Shown here piece after piece: positions 12,780 to 25,243 of a stretch of DNA of 64,000 nt. The position numbers and the translations under genes are program-made. The DNA lies in assembly GCF_963921235.1 (NCBI RefSeq), contig NC_086108.1, positions 34,908,001 to 34,972,000 on the forward strand. Direction: 5' to 3'. The stretch comes from Mobula hypostoma (taxonomy: Eukaryota). Each line of letters starts with the position of its first letter. The stretch's first letter is position 1. The notes under the pieces were generated by a model. It searched no databases. It saw nothing but the letters and a program-made list of their open reading frames with translations, and was not told the DNA's origin.

Positions 12780-13257
12780 TGAGGGGTGATTGATAAGTTT
12801 GTGGCCTAAGGTAGAAGGAGTCAATTTTAGAAAACCTAGCACATTTATTTTTCAACATAGTCCCCTCCTACATTTACACACTTAGTCCAGCGGTCGTGGA
12901 GCATACGGATCTTGGACCTCCAGAAAGTGTCCACAGCAGGGGTGATTGATAAGTTCGTGGCCTAAGGTAGAAGATGAATTATTAACTTCAAACTTTCTGC
13001 ATGATCACTGAAAGAGTTGAGATGCATGTGCATGTAACAAGAGCTGTATAACTCATCTCCTCCTACCTTAGGCCACAAACTTATCAATCACCCCTGCTGT
13101 GGACACTTTCTGGAGGTCCAAGATCCGAATGCCCCACGACCACTGGACTAAGTGTGTAAATGTAGGAGGGAGGGGACTACGTTTAAAAATAAATGCGCTA
13201 GGTTTTCTAAAATTGACTCCTTCGACCTTAGACCATGATCCTATCAATCACCCCTCA
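12780..13257. mobile_element. Mariner-type MITE with ~200-bp TIRs and IR/DR architecture
   Basis: TA at 12778-12779 and 13258-13259; ends tgaggggtgattgataag / ctatcaatcacccctca; the terminal ~36-mer is repeated internally at 12938-12973 and mirrored in the right arm. Confidence 0.92.
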
Positions 13258-13589
13258 TATATCTGCCCAAACTTTTTGCCAGACTGCTTTGGTTTTGTGG
13301 AAATGGAAGTGCTGGGTTTGTGTCACTAGGGGTGTTGGGGGACTGTGTGAGAGCAATTGTTCTCGAAGGCCTTTGCTAAGAGGAAGGTCTGAAATGCCAT
13401 ATAGAATTAGGAGTCTTGTATATTGCTGCATCCTATCCAATGGTAGGAGAGCAATGTTTTGTTAGATTAATGAACTGGTGTTGTTTTTAAAGTTCCAGAG
13501 ATGACCCTTGTTCTTGGGTCGATTTAGTGAGAGAGGCATTGAAAGGGTAAGTTTAGAAAATCAGAAACATTTAGAATCTCTCTATGCAC

Positions 13590-14000
13590 ACAACTACCCA
13601 GGTTATAGTAGAGGTCAGATAGGGTAGGACTTTATTTCTTGGAATGTAGGAGACTGAGAGATGATCTTATTAGATGTGTCCAAGATCATGAGGGGCATGG
13701 TCAGTCTTTTTCCCAGGGTTTGAGCACTTGAGATCCAGAGGGTATAAGTTTACGGTGAGAAGGGAAAGATGAAGTAGAAACTTGAGAGGCAGCATTTTTA
13801 CCATGTGTGGTGTGTATGTAGAATAAGCTGCCAGAGAAGGTAGTTGAGGCAGTTTCATTAAAACTTTTAAAGGTTCTTAGACAGACACATTTATTGGAAA
13901 TGTTTCACAGGTTATAAACACCACACTGGCAACTGGCACCGGCTTGGATGGGGCATCCTAATTGGCATGAACCATTTCCGATGAAGGACCAGCTTCCATG
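13590..14000 (+). mobile_element. Degraded CR1 LINE 3' fragment
   Basis: ggactttatttcttggaatgtaggagactgagagatgatctt encodes the GL(Y)SLE.RRLR.DL-like CR1 RT C-terminal motif. Confidence 0.7.
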
Positions 14001-14722
14001 CTTGAACTCAGTTTAAGACATGCATGTTCTTCTTCCTGCTTGGAATTACAGAATAGAGAATTTGTGAACAAAGTGGTATCCTGATGGAGTGGGGCAGGGT
14101 TGAGGGAGGTTAGTCAAGTGGGAGATGACACTAAATGCATAGGGAAGATAACACGAGGCAATGTAGCTGTTTGCAGATGTTCGGCAACATGACCAAATTA
14201 ATATGGGGTAGGTGGCTAATGGATGGAAGATATTTGAACAAGCTTTTTATCAGTCACAGTCACTGCTCAGAGAATTTAAAATAACTGGCAGCCTAAATAC
14301 ATCCTAAGGACTATGTCGTGGCTGTGATTCCTATTACTCAGCAGAAAACCCCACGAAGAGTGGCATTTAATGTCCCAGAACACAAGCAGGAGGAGTCCCA
14401 GACAGATCATTACAGACACTTCTTTATCTGGGATTTTGATTGGCGAATTCTACAGGAATGAGATACCAGAATCTTGGAAGGAATAGGGAATGAGTGGGAT
14501 TAATGCCATTGCGGAATCTCATCAGTGCAGTGTGAGAAGGCAAGTGTCCCAACAAGTCACCTTAGCATCATGAATCACCAAAAATTAGGAGTGGGAAAGA
14601 GACAAGATTTAGTAGTACCTATACTACCTTAAGAGAAAGAAAGGAACAGGATAGACCCCAAGAAATCTACGAGGGTCCAAAGCCAGTGAGACACAAATAT
14701 AAGATATTCACAGGTAAGTCCA

Positions 14723-15020
14723 GAATCAGATTCAGGTGTATTAGCACTGATATATGTCATGAAATGTGTTGTTTTGCTGCCACAAAACAATGCAATACAT
14801 AAAAAAAAATCAGTTACAAGAGAAAATATGTAAATAGTACAAAAGAGGAATAGGTTGTAGGTTCTTGGACTGTTCAGACATCTGATGACGGAGGGAAGAC
14901 AAGGTTCCTAAAATGATGAGTGTGTGTCTTTAGGCTCCTGTATCTCCTTCCTGAAAGTAGTAATGAAAAGAAGGCATGTCTGGATGGTGAGGTTCCTTAA
15001 GGTTGACATCTCTGGATAGA
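14723..15020 (-). mobile_element. Rex/Babar-like LINE 3' fragment
   Basis: Reverse complement of the tail family seen at 28650-29097, with (AGAATC)n-type tail at 14722-14735. Confidence 0.65.
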
Positions 15021-15569
15021 TGCCAATGACTGGCTGAGTTCTTCCAGCATTTCTGTTTCCTGTTTTTGATTTTAAGAAAGATTGGACTATTAATATCCAC
15101 AGCAACATTTCTTTAATGTAACAAACCAGTAAATGTGATATTACAAATTGTAGTTAGTTATAAAGATAGTGGTGGATCCACCAGCATAGATGGACGGAGA
15201 AATTTATTAAACTTGCTTAAAAGTTGACTGGTTTCTATTGATATCCACGATTTGTTGATGTATGAATACACTCTTCACAAATCTGAAATGTAGCAACTGG
15301 GGAGCAAGTTCCTCACCCAGATCTTTCCCTTATTACTACTGTAAGTTTGCTGCGAGAGAATGAAGCAGTCCATCTATTCCCTTGCAGCTTCAACAGATAG
15401 ATGTTATCAGTGAACCAGGCAGTCCCTGTAACAAAGGTAAATTGGCTTATTTACCAATGCGGTTATTTCTGAAAGCAGTTTACTGAGATTACAGATCAGC
15501 AGTAGGAACCTGGAAACTGCTGACAAAGGGTAATCAAAGAAAAAGCTTAAGCAAGCCTCTGTAATTTAA

Positions 15570-15710
15570 ATATGAGAAATTCGGCAGATGCTGCAAGTCC
15601 AAAGCAACATATACAAAGTGCTGAAGGAACTCAGCAGGTCAGGCAGCATCTAAACAGTTGATGTTTCAGGCCGAGACTCTTCTTCAGTACTGGAAAGGAA
15701 GGGGGAAGGT
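15570..15710 (-). mobile_element. Penelope-like terminal fragment
   Basis: gcagatgctg...ggaactcagcaggtcaggcagcatc...gtttcaggccgagactcttcttcagtactgg is the reverse complement of the motif at 3051-3140. Confidence 0.75.
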
Positions 15711-16589
15711 GCCTTTGCAGGAAGGAATTATGTTCCTTATTTGAAAGTAGCATATAATTTTGTAGACGAGCAGGCTGGGATTTTCTCCTGCAGGGACTAT
15801 GATACTGGAAATGATATGACGCAATATTGATTTCAGTTTGACCAAGCATCCAATATCCCAGGGCAATTTCCAAAATCAGATCCGTTTAATTAAATTGTCA
15901 TTTGTAGTATTCCAGCCAGTGTTTATTGGATTTGGATGTGAAATGCCTACCATTGGTTGAAACAACTGGCTACAACAGTGTGGACTGAAAGGCAAAGTTA
16001 AGCAATAGAATTCCAGTCTCTTCCCAAGAAAATAAACTGGTTTACTCATGTAAAAGTACATTACAAGTGATTTCGTTCTTCAGACTACTGTTGCTGTAAG
16101 TGGAGAATGATCAAACTATTTAAGCTAAATTATACATGTGGTTGTGCCGAGAATATTGGATGCATTTTGATATGGTCCATTGTGTCACGAATCTTTCTCA
16201 CCCCTCAAGAAGTATTTTATTATTTCCCCACAGGCCTTTCCAGCCCCCAAAAGAATTGAAAATTTGGGGCAAACTTTTACTGGTTTCTCACCATTGTTTC
16301 TGGGAGCAGAAATGCTTTGCTTCAGCGTCAGGTTGTTGTGGGTTGAATTGCTCATGGAGCAGACTTGATGTCCTTCAGTGTCATCATCGCCTGCCCTCAG
16401 CATGTCACTCTTTCATTATGGAGGGGATGGAGGGTTAAAGAAAAATTGCTGGCAACACTCAGCGGGTCAGGCAGCATCTGTGGAGAGAGAAAAACAGAGT
16501 TAGTGTTTCACATCAGAGAAGTCATTGACCTCACTTGCAACCTCAAGAGGGAATAGAACAATGGTCTGGTTATATTGTTACATAAGTGA

Positions 16590-16885
16590 CATAGCAAGTC
16601 ATATTATTCTGGTGACCCAGGTTGGACCCTGATCTCCAGTGCTCACTATGTAGACTTTGAAACTTCTCCCTGTGACCATGTGGGCTTACTCATGGTGCTC
16701 TGATTTCCTCCCACATCCCAAGGATTTGCTGGTTGCTTGATAATGTAGCCACTGTAACTTACTCCCATTATATCTGGGTGGTAAGAGAATCAAGGTTGTG
16801 TTGGTGGGCGTTTGGGAGGGAGAGGTTACAATGATGTAGGTGGAAGAATGGTTTTACCCGGCATAGACTCACATCGGACTCCTTA
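16590..16885 (+). mobile_element. Degraded V-domain SINE
   Basis: ttctccctgtgaccatgtgggcttactcatggtgctctgatttcctcccacatcccaag core, shared with the SINEs at 23966 and 45378. Confidence 0.65.
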
Positions 16886-17689
16886 TATACTATTAGAAGA
16901 TATAATGCAGTTTAAGAGAAAGCATTTTTCTTCTAAACTAATTATGACACACTTGATCTGGCTGAAGGGTTTTTAAAGATGAGTAACGAGGGGAATAGAA
17001 ATAACTAAACTAGTTCTGAATTTACACTTAAAGAATGGGGAAGTTACTTGTTAACGATAGAGTTTTCCAAATTGTTTTTACTTAATTCTTTTAACATGCC
17101 TACACAAATTCTTGTTTTTGTAATTCTGATCCCATTTCAGATACATTTTTGCAAACTTTGAATGTGGTGATAAACCTTGAAAAGGTGAATATTAAAACAT
17201 CAATCTCTTGGTGCTGATGAACAGATTAAGTATAGGCATTATTGATTAAAATGTCGGTCCTTTTCTTCATAGTCTGCTGAGTGAGATGTCAGTGAATAGG
17301 ATCTGTGTAATCTTAGCCATTGTTATTACTGAGTGTGTATGAATCGATGATTGTTGAATAATCACTTGTTCCTTACTACGTTTTATTTTACTGTACTTTC
17401 CCTGTTGCTTTAATGCTGTCTGAGCTCTTATTTCATAAGGTAAGATCCTTCAGCTATATAATCATATCTAGTAAATAGTTGGAGAAAGTCTTTTTGTTCT
17501 TTCCACTTCCCTCTTCCCAAATATTAGCTCACAACTAATGCTGGATTGTATTGCTTTTAGCTCATAACCACAAGCTTACCAAACCAATACAAAAAGCTTG
17601 GGTCAAAATAAAGTTGCCGCGTTATTTTTGCAGATACCAGCCTAACTCTCAAATTTGATCAGATCCCTGTTGAATTAATTCAATTCATT

Positions 17690-18425
17690 TTGGAGAAATG
17701 TGAGGTGAAACTTCTTGGCAGGAAGAATGAAGAGAGGCTGTGTAGAATGAAGTATACTATTCTAAAAGCGGTGCAGAGGAGAGAGAATGGAGGTGTGTGA
17801 TTATTGAAAGTGACAGCGCAGGTTGAGAAAGGTAATACATTTGTAAATAATTCAGGGCTTTATCGATGGATCTATGTAGTTTAAATCCAGGGAAGTTATG
17901 GTAAACTGTAAAATAAGTCCATCCTCGAATGGAGTATGATTTTCATTGATCACCACATCATAGGAAGGACTTGAAGGCGTTAAAGATTTGCCAGAAGGAC
18001 TTAATGAACAAGGGACTACAGGTACAAGGATAGAGTGGAGAGAATGAAACTGCGTTCTTCAGAGAAGAGGCTGAGTGAAGATTTGATAGAAGTACAGTAT
18101 ATCAAATAATGAAGGCTTTGGACATCATGGACATTAAGATAATGTACCTTTTTGTGGAGTGGTTGAGGTCCAGGGGTCACAGGTATAAAACAAAACAACG
18201 GGAAGAGAATTAAGAGTGACTTGAGGAAATCTTTTTTACAAAATGCATGGTTGAAATCTGGGACAAAAAAAATTCTAAACTGAGAAAATGAGAGATTTTG
18301 GAGTGATTTTCTGCTTGACCTCTGATTATGCCTAATGAGGAAGCTGTAGGCCAGTGTAATTTGATTGGTTTTCATCAGTAAAGTAACAGCTTGTGTTGTT
18401 GTTCCTTGTAATGATCTATGTCATG
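17690..18425 (+). mobile_element. Degraded CR1 LINE RT/3' fragment
   Basis: Decayed EKCEV.H.GR.N and ...RRL..DLIEV motifs; many stop codons. Confidence 0.65.
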
Positions 18426-18483
18426 TAACTGGTTTTTAGATCCCAGCTAATTAGGAATCTTTCCATCTGTTTTTCCTTGGTAG

Positions 18484-18820
18484 TTGACCAAAGCATGTTT
18501 GAGAACTCCAATACCACACCGATGCCAAAACTTCACCACGGCAAAACCGCCACCTCCACAAGAAGTGCCTTGGCCGGGTCATCAATGGCCATTGCTGCCG
18601 AGTCAGCCGGGAGATTGGCCAGTGGCAGCAACAACCACCAGCCCCTTAAGAGTGCTTTCAACCTGGGGAAGGCCATGGGGGCAAAGGTCAATGACTTGCT
18701 GCGAAGAAAAGAGCAGAGCACGGTGACAGATGTCGGTGTGACTGAGGTCAACAAGAATGCGGAGGGGGCCCTTTCAGTGGCGGGAAAGGATGAGAACGGG
18801 CCAGTGACCAACAGTGGGAT
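18484..18820 (+). CDS. C1orf226: C1orf226 orthologue, penultimate coding exon (own ATG at 18495)
   Basis: Acceptor ttttccttggTAG ends at 18483; MFENSNTTPMPKL...NLGKAMGAKVNDLLRRKE...VGVTEVNK matches C1orf226; donor AT|GTGAGT at 18820/18821 (phase 2). Confidence 0.93.
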
Positions 18821-19539
18821 GTGAGTAGGTTCTCAGTTACTTTGCCAACCATGTGAGCAAAATATCTCTTTTAGCAACTAACATTGAGCAGATGTTCTGG
18901 GTGTTCATAGAGTATGTTGACTATTGCAGATACTTGCTCATGTAAATAACATAGAATTTATAGGACAGGATTAGGTCATTTAACCCAGCTGGTTTATGAC
19001 AATGTTTATGCTTCACCCAGGCATATGAATGTAAAATACTTGAGAAACAGACTGTACAGTTCATCCTGGCCCTTTCTATGAATACCCATCAATACTAATC
19101 CCATTTACCAGCCTTTATTCCTTTCTTCCACATGTAATTAAGTGATTTCCCCTTAAACATACTTATAGAATGTCTTTGATAAGAATTGCAACTGTAACCT
19201 GGCTGTAAATAATCCTATATTAAGCAGCCAGGTTGAAATTGGAATATATTTGAAATCCTCTAAAGATGCAACTGTTCCAAGTGTCTCTATGCGTGGAACT
19301 CTATAGATTACAAAGCAGCTGTAAGAGAGGAAAGACCTTTTGAGTCCTAAGTGATCTCAAGGAAAAGTATTCTACACAAGTGTCCTGGGAACAGGAAATG
19401 GCATTAAAACATGTGCAAATATATATATTTACCCATTTTAAAAATGTGTACAAGATGGGTCCAGTTACTCACCTTCAGTCTGCGTGGCTAATGCTCAGCA
19501 GTGTCACCCAGTGGTTGGAGCATGGAAGCACAAGAAGAC

Positions 19540-19875
19540 CTCAACCATTAAGTTCACCTGAGAACAGTCCAAAATTCCTTACAGCCAATTAAGTATTTTG
19601 AAATTTAGTCACCATCATAATAATGGAATGAATCAATGATCAGGTAATCTAGTTTTAGTGGCATTGTCTGAGTGACAAATGTGGGCCAGAACATTAGGAA
19701 GAACTCTGACAGTATATTTCAGAATAATGCTTTGGGATCTTTTACATCAACTACAAGAGGAAGATGGAGCACATGGACAGCACACTGACTGTCCTGTATA
19801 GGTTTTGTGCTCAAGTCCTGCAGTGACACCTGAACCTAAAATCTTCGGACTGAAGTCAAGAGAGCAACCAGCGTT
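19540..19875 (-). mobile_element. Deu-domain SINE remnant (SacSINE1/AmnSINE-like)
   Basis: ggccagaacattaggaagaactc...tttgggatcttttacatcaac...tttgtgctcaagtcctgcagtgacacctgaacc resembles the Deu core and tRNA-derived head in reverse orientation (from recall). Confidence 0.55.
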
Positions 19876-20311
19876 TTGAGCTTATAGCCCAGTGTCACAG
19901 TGTGACAGATGAACAGCAACATCCTCTTAGAATTGGACATTTCACTAGAAGTGAAGATTATTAATATTGCATTGACTGGCATATTTGCCTGGATAACAGT
20001 GATTCTGCTTCAAAAGTAATAATATATATATCCAAAAGACACCCCAAGAAATGACAAGGGTTTTCATTATTTTTTCCCCAAGACAACAATTCTATTGGAA
20101 AATATTCTGCCTTATCTCTCCATGATTAACAGCACTGATTGCATGGGATGCTTCCCATAATATTTGGCTTCAACAATACTGAAGTGTGAATTTTTGTGCT
20201 GGGTATCCTCTGGGCCTATCTTTTCAATTGGTTTTCATGTTGATGGAATTTAAATGAAACTGAACATTCATTGCCAACCTGAGCACTATTGGTTAGTAAA
20301 GCATTTAGTGC

Positions 20312-23300
20312 ATCATAGAACCATAGAATCATAGAAACAACAGCACAGAAACAGGCCCTTTGGCCCTTCTTGGCTGTGCCGAACCATTTTCTGCCTAGTC
20401 CCACTGACCTGCACACGGACCATATCCCTCCATACACCTCCCATCCATGTATCTGTCCAATTTATTCTTAAATGTTAAAAAAGAACCCGCATTTACCACC
20501 TCGTCTGGCAGCTCATTCCATACTCCCACCACTCTGTTTGAAGAAGCCCCCCCCAATGTTCCCTTTAAACTTTTCCCCCCTCACCCTTAACCCATGTCCT
20601 CTGGTTTTTTTTTCCCCTTGCCTCAGTGGAAAAAGCCTGCTTGCATTCACTCTATCTATACCCATCATAATTTTATATACCTCTATCAAATCTCCCCTCA
20701 TTCTTCTATGCTCCAGGGAATAAAGTCCTAACCTATTCAACCTTTCTCTGTAACTGAGTTTCTCAAGTCCTGGCAACATCCTTGTAAACCTTCTCTGCAC
20801 TCTTTCAACCTTATTTGTATCCTTTCTGTAATTTGGTGACCAAAACTGAACACAATACTCCAGATTCGGCCTCACCAATGCCTTATACAACCTCATCATA
20901 ACATTCCAGCTCTTATACTCAATACTTCGATTAATAAAGGCCAATGTACCAGAAGCTCTCCTTACAACCCTATCTACCTGTGACGACACTTTTAGGGAAT
21001 TTTGTATCTGTATTCCCAGATCCCTCTGTTCCACTGCACTCCTCAGTGCCTTGCCATTAACCCTGTATGTTCTACGTTGGTTTGTCCTTCCAACGTGCAA
21101 TACCTCACACTTGTCAGTATTAAACTCCATCTGCCATTTTTCAGTCCATTTTTCCAGCTGGTCCAAGTCCCTCTGCAGGCTCTGAAAACCTTCCTCACTG
21201 CCTACTACACCTCCAATCTTTGTATCATCAGCAAACTTGCTGATCCAATTTACCACATTATCATCCAGATCATTGATATAGATGACAAATGACAATGGAC
21301 CCAGCACTGATCCCTGTGGCACACCACTAGTCACAGGCCTCCACTCAGAGAAGCAATTCTCTACCACCACTCTCTGGCTTCTTCCATCGAGCCAATGTCT
21401 AATCCAATTTACCACCTCTCCATGTATACCTAGCGACTGAATTTTCCTAACTAACCTCCCATGCGGGACCTTGTCAAAGGCGTTACTGAAGTCCATGTAG
21501 ACAATATCCACTGCCTTCCCTTCATCCACTTTCCTGGTAACCTCCTCGAAAAACTCCAACAGATTGGCCAAACATGACCTACCACGCACAAAGCCGTGTT
21601 GTCTCTCCCTAATAAGCCCCTGTCTATCCAAATGCTTGTAGATTCTGTCTTTTAGTACTCCCTCCAATAACTTACCTACTACTGACGTTAAACTCACCGG
21701 CCTATAATTTCCCGGATTACTTTTCGATCCTTTTTTAAACAACGGAACAACATGAGCCACTCTCCAATCCTCCGGCACTTCACACGTAGACAGTGACATT
21801 TTAAATATTTCTGCCAGGGCCCCCGCAATTTCAACACTAGTCTCCTTCAAGGTTCGAGGGAACACTCTGTCAGGTCCCGGGGATTTATCCACTTTAATTT
21901 TCCTCAAGACAGCAAGCACCTCCTCCTTTTCAATCTGTACAGTTTCCATGGTCTCACTACTTGATTCCCTCAATTCCATAGATTTCATGCCAGCTTCCTT
22001 AGTAAATACAGACGCAAAAAACCTATTTAAGATCTCCCCCATTTCCTTTGGTTCCGCACAAAGCCGACCACTCTGATCTTCAAGAGGACCAATTTTATCC
22101 CTTACAATCTTTTTGCTCTTAATATACTTGTAAAAGCTCTTTGGATTATCCTTCACTTTGACTGCCAAGGCAACCTCATGTCTTCTTTTAGCCCTCCTGA
22201 TTTCTTTCTTAAGTATTTTCTTGCACTTCTTATACTCCTCAAGCACCTGATTTACCCCTGTTTCCTATACATTTCATACAACTCCCTCTTCTTCTTTATT
22301 AGAGTTGCAATATCCCTTGAGAACCAAGGTTCCTTATTCCTATTCAATTTGTCTTTAATCCTGACAGGAACATACAAACTCTGCACTCTCAAAATTTCCC
22401 CTTTGAAGGTTTCCCACCTACCAATCACATCTTTGCCAGAGAACAATCCCAATCCACGCTTTTTAGATCCTTTCTCATTTCTTCAAATTTGGCCTTCTTC
22501 CAGTTCAGAACCTCAACCCCAGGACCAGATCTATCCTTGTCCATGATCAAATTGAAACTAATGGTGTTATGATCACTGGAACCAAAGTGCTCCCCTACAC
22601 AGACTTCTGTCACTTGCCCTAATTCGTTTCCTAACAGGAGATCCAATATTGCATCCCCTCTAGTTGGTCCCTCTATATATTGATTTAGAAAACTTTCCTG
22701 AACACAATTTACAAACTCTAAACCATCTAGACCCCTAACAGTATGGGAGTCCCAATCAATGTATGGAAAATTAAAATCCCCTACCACCACAACTTTATGT
22801 TTCCTGCAGTTGCCTGCTATCTCTCTGCAGATTTGCTCTTCCAAGTCTCGTTGACTATTGGGTGGTCTGTAATACAATCCCACTAATGTGGCCATACCTT
22901 TCCTGTTTCTCAGCTCCACCCATAAGGACTCAGTAGACAAGCCCTCTAATCTGTCCTGCCTGAGCACTGCTGTAATATTTTCCCTAACAAGCAATGCTAC
23001 TCCCCCACCTTTCATTCCTCTGCCTCGATCACATCTGAAACATCGGAACCCTGGAATATTAAGCTGCCAGTCCTGCCCCTCCTGTAGCCAAGTTTCACTA
23101 ATTGCTACAACATCATAATTCCACGTGTCAATCCACGCCCTCATCCGCCTTCCCCGCAATACTCCTAGCATTGAAATATATACACATCAGAAGATTTTTA
23201 CCACCACTCACATCCTTTCTATCAGCGGATTTGCTTAAACTTTCAACATCATTTATTTTCACCCCAGCCACACTGTCAGCTCTGGCACTCTGGTTCCCAT

Positions 23301-23328
23301 CCCCCTGCAAATCTAGTTTAAAGCCTCC
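20312..23328 (-). mobile_element. CR1 LINE, 5'-truncated near the end of ORF1, with near-complete ORF2 (APE endonuclease plus RT)
   Basis: ORF pieces give YFNARSI, VAISETWL, VVVGDFNFP, LDLLL and SSDH (endonuclease) and NYRPVSLTS, QHGF, MDFSNAFDKVPH, GVPQGSVLGP and FADDTK (RT); about 3 frameshifts (near 23140, 22445, 22255); (TTCTATGA/G)n tail at 20312-20336. Confidence 0.96.
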
Positions 23329-23539
23329 TCGGTAGAAAATTATTCTTAGTCCTATCTCAGATAGGCTGGACATGGTGGTCAATTCTGGAGACTCCCAACT
23401 CACTGACTATTTTTCTAACTGCACTTTAAGAATACACTCTCAAGAAATCTAGTGTCGAATGTGAGCTTCTCAGGATGTATGTTGGGAAATCTGCCCTCCA
23501 AATCTGCAACAGATTTTACTTGCTGCTGAAGGAAAGGGA

Positions 23540-23780
23540 AAAGGGTAAGAGATTTTAGGGAAGCTATTTCACCCAGAGAGTGGTAAAGATCTTAGACGTA
23601 TTGCCTGAAAGAGGGGCAGCTGACAGCGTTTAAGAAGTGTCGTAACTAGCATTTAAATTGCCAAAACATGGAGGGCTACAAGCCAAGTGCTGGTAAATGG
23701 GATTAAAATAGATGAGTCAGCATGGGTGTGATAGACCAAATGCCCTGCTTCTGTGCTATGTGACTGTATGAATCCATGAC
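23540..23780 (+). mobile_element. Degraded CR1 3' end
   Basis: tttcacccagagagtggtaa (F.QRVV motif) followed by a CR1 3' UTR-like tail. Confidence 0.6.
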
Positions 23781-23965
23781 TCAGTTGAGAGGAATTCCTG
23801 CTATCAAGAAATGATAGTTAATTTTATTTTAAATTTTGAATTGAGTTCATTGTCTTCAAGTGTGCTAAGCATTTTTATTATCAATATTTTTAGTTGTAAT
23901 CTGTATTTGAATTACTGATTGTTAATTTTTCTTAGTGCTTCTGAAGGACTGATGAGAAACAAAGT

Positions 23966-24230
23966 GGGGTGGCACGGTAGCGTAGTGGTTAGCGCAGCGC
24001 TTCACAGCACCAGCGACCCAGGTTCACTTCCCCCCACTGCCTGTAAGAAGCTTGTACATTCTCCCTATGACTGCGTGGGTTTCCTCTGGGTGCTCCTCCT
24101 GTTTCCACCCATGGCTCAAGGTGTACTGGTTGGAAGGTTAATTGGACATTGTAAGTTGTCCCATGATTAGGTTATGATTAAATCGAGGGATTGCTGAGCG
24201 ACATGAGGGCCTATTCCATGTTGTATCAAA
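23966..24230 (+). mobile_element. tRNA-derived V-domain SINE
   Basis: Pol III box A tagcgtagtgg (23978-23988), box B ggttcacttcc (24021-24031), V-domain core tgcgtgggtttcctctgggtgctcc. Confidence 0.8.
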
Positions 24231-24681
24231 AAGTACATTTAAAATCCATGATTTGCCACCTAAGGTTGGGTTGTAGCTTACTTAGCTAGTCATCAAAGAT
24301 CTTTCTTCTGGTGTTCTGTGTCATGACTTTTCTTTGCCATTGCATTGTCGTTGGCATATTCTCACCAGGAGATCTGCAGAAGGTAACAGTGTGAATGGGC
24401 AGCCTGCTTCCAGCGGAAAGTTTTGGCCTATTGACTCCCAAACTGTGATAAGGAAACATCACTGGAGCTGCAGGTGGTCAGGATCATTTATGAGTTTGAG
24501 TCATTCCCAATGTTTGAATCAAAGCCAAAAATGAAACTTGTCGCTTGTAAATTGCGTCAAGGTTCTTAAATCAGACACAAATGGGATTGAGAGAAATGTA
24601 TTCAGCTTCCATGTATCTTGCTTTTTTCTGAGTCACATTAAAGTTGCCAACCTTACTAACCTGTACCTCCTTTACTTCTAG

Positions 24682-25243
24682 TCAGAGCCTCTCAGAGTCA
24701 TTCCCTCGGCTGGAGCCACCTCCACCGACAGCCAAAAAGAGGACTTCCCGGGCCCTGAAGACCACTCAGGACATGATGATCTCATCAGTGCCAGTGGTTC
24801 ATTGTGGAGACATCTCTGACCTGTCCATCAACTCCATCTCCGATGGAGCAGCACAGCGAAATAACCAAGCACTGGAAAGCAAGGCCGGCAATGGGGAAAC
24901 CTCCCCCTTCAGCACTGCGGAGAACCTGACTCCTAACCTCATCGCTGAAGCCAAATTGGAGAACAAACACTGCGGCATGCCGGAGGGTACCGAGGACCTT
25001 GCCAAGCCTGCCCTTTCCGTACCTGATCTATTGAATAAAGAGCCTGTGGATGTCAAGCTGAAGCCAGCTGGCCCGGAGAAAAGGATGGCCTCCTCCCCAT
25101 GCCCCGATAAGGCTTGCTTGCGGATCAGCATCAGTGAAGATGATCTTTTAGGGGGCGACTGTGAAAGCTCTGGAGTGCTGAGGCAAAGATGTTCAAGTGT
25201 TGAAAATGAAGAACATCATCCAGACTTGCTGTCATTCGATTAG
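24682..25243 (+). CDS. C1orf226: C1orf226 orthologue, last coding exon
   Basis: Acceptor cctcctttacttctAG ends at 24681, phase 2 matching the upstream donor (AT+T = Ile); ESFPRLEPPPPTAKKRTSRALKTTQDMMISS...LSVPDLL...ASSP...HPDLLSFD* matches C1orf226; TAG at 25241-25243. Confidence 0.94.

Noticed and set aside
13255..13440. Minus-strand ORF as a possible SPATA46 remnant
   Set aside because: Only a few scattered residues resemble the recalled protein; unsupported without TBLASTN.
18533..18811. Antisense ORFs over coding exons (also 630-887 and 24799-25131)
   Set aside because: Expected shadow frames of real exons.
23966..24040. tRNA gene
   Set aside because: Box A and B are present but continue into a SINE body; no complete cloverleaf.
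24644..24681. N-terminal part of ORF 24644..25243
   Set aside because: Polypyrimidine tract and acceptor, not coding.
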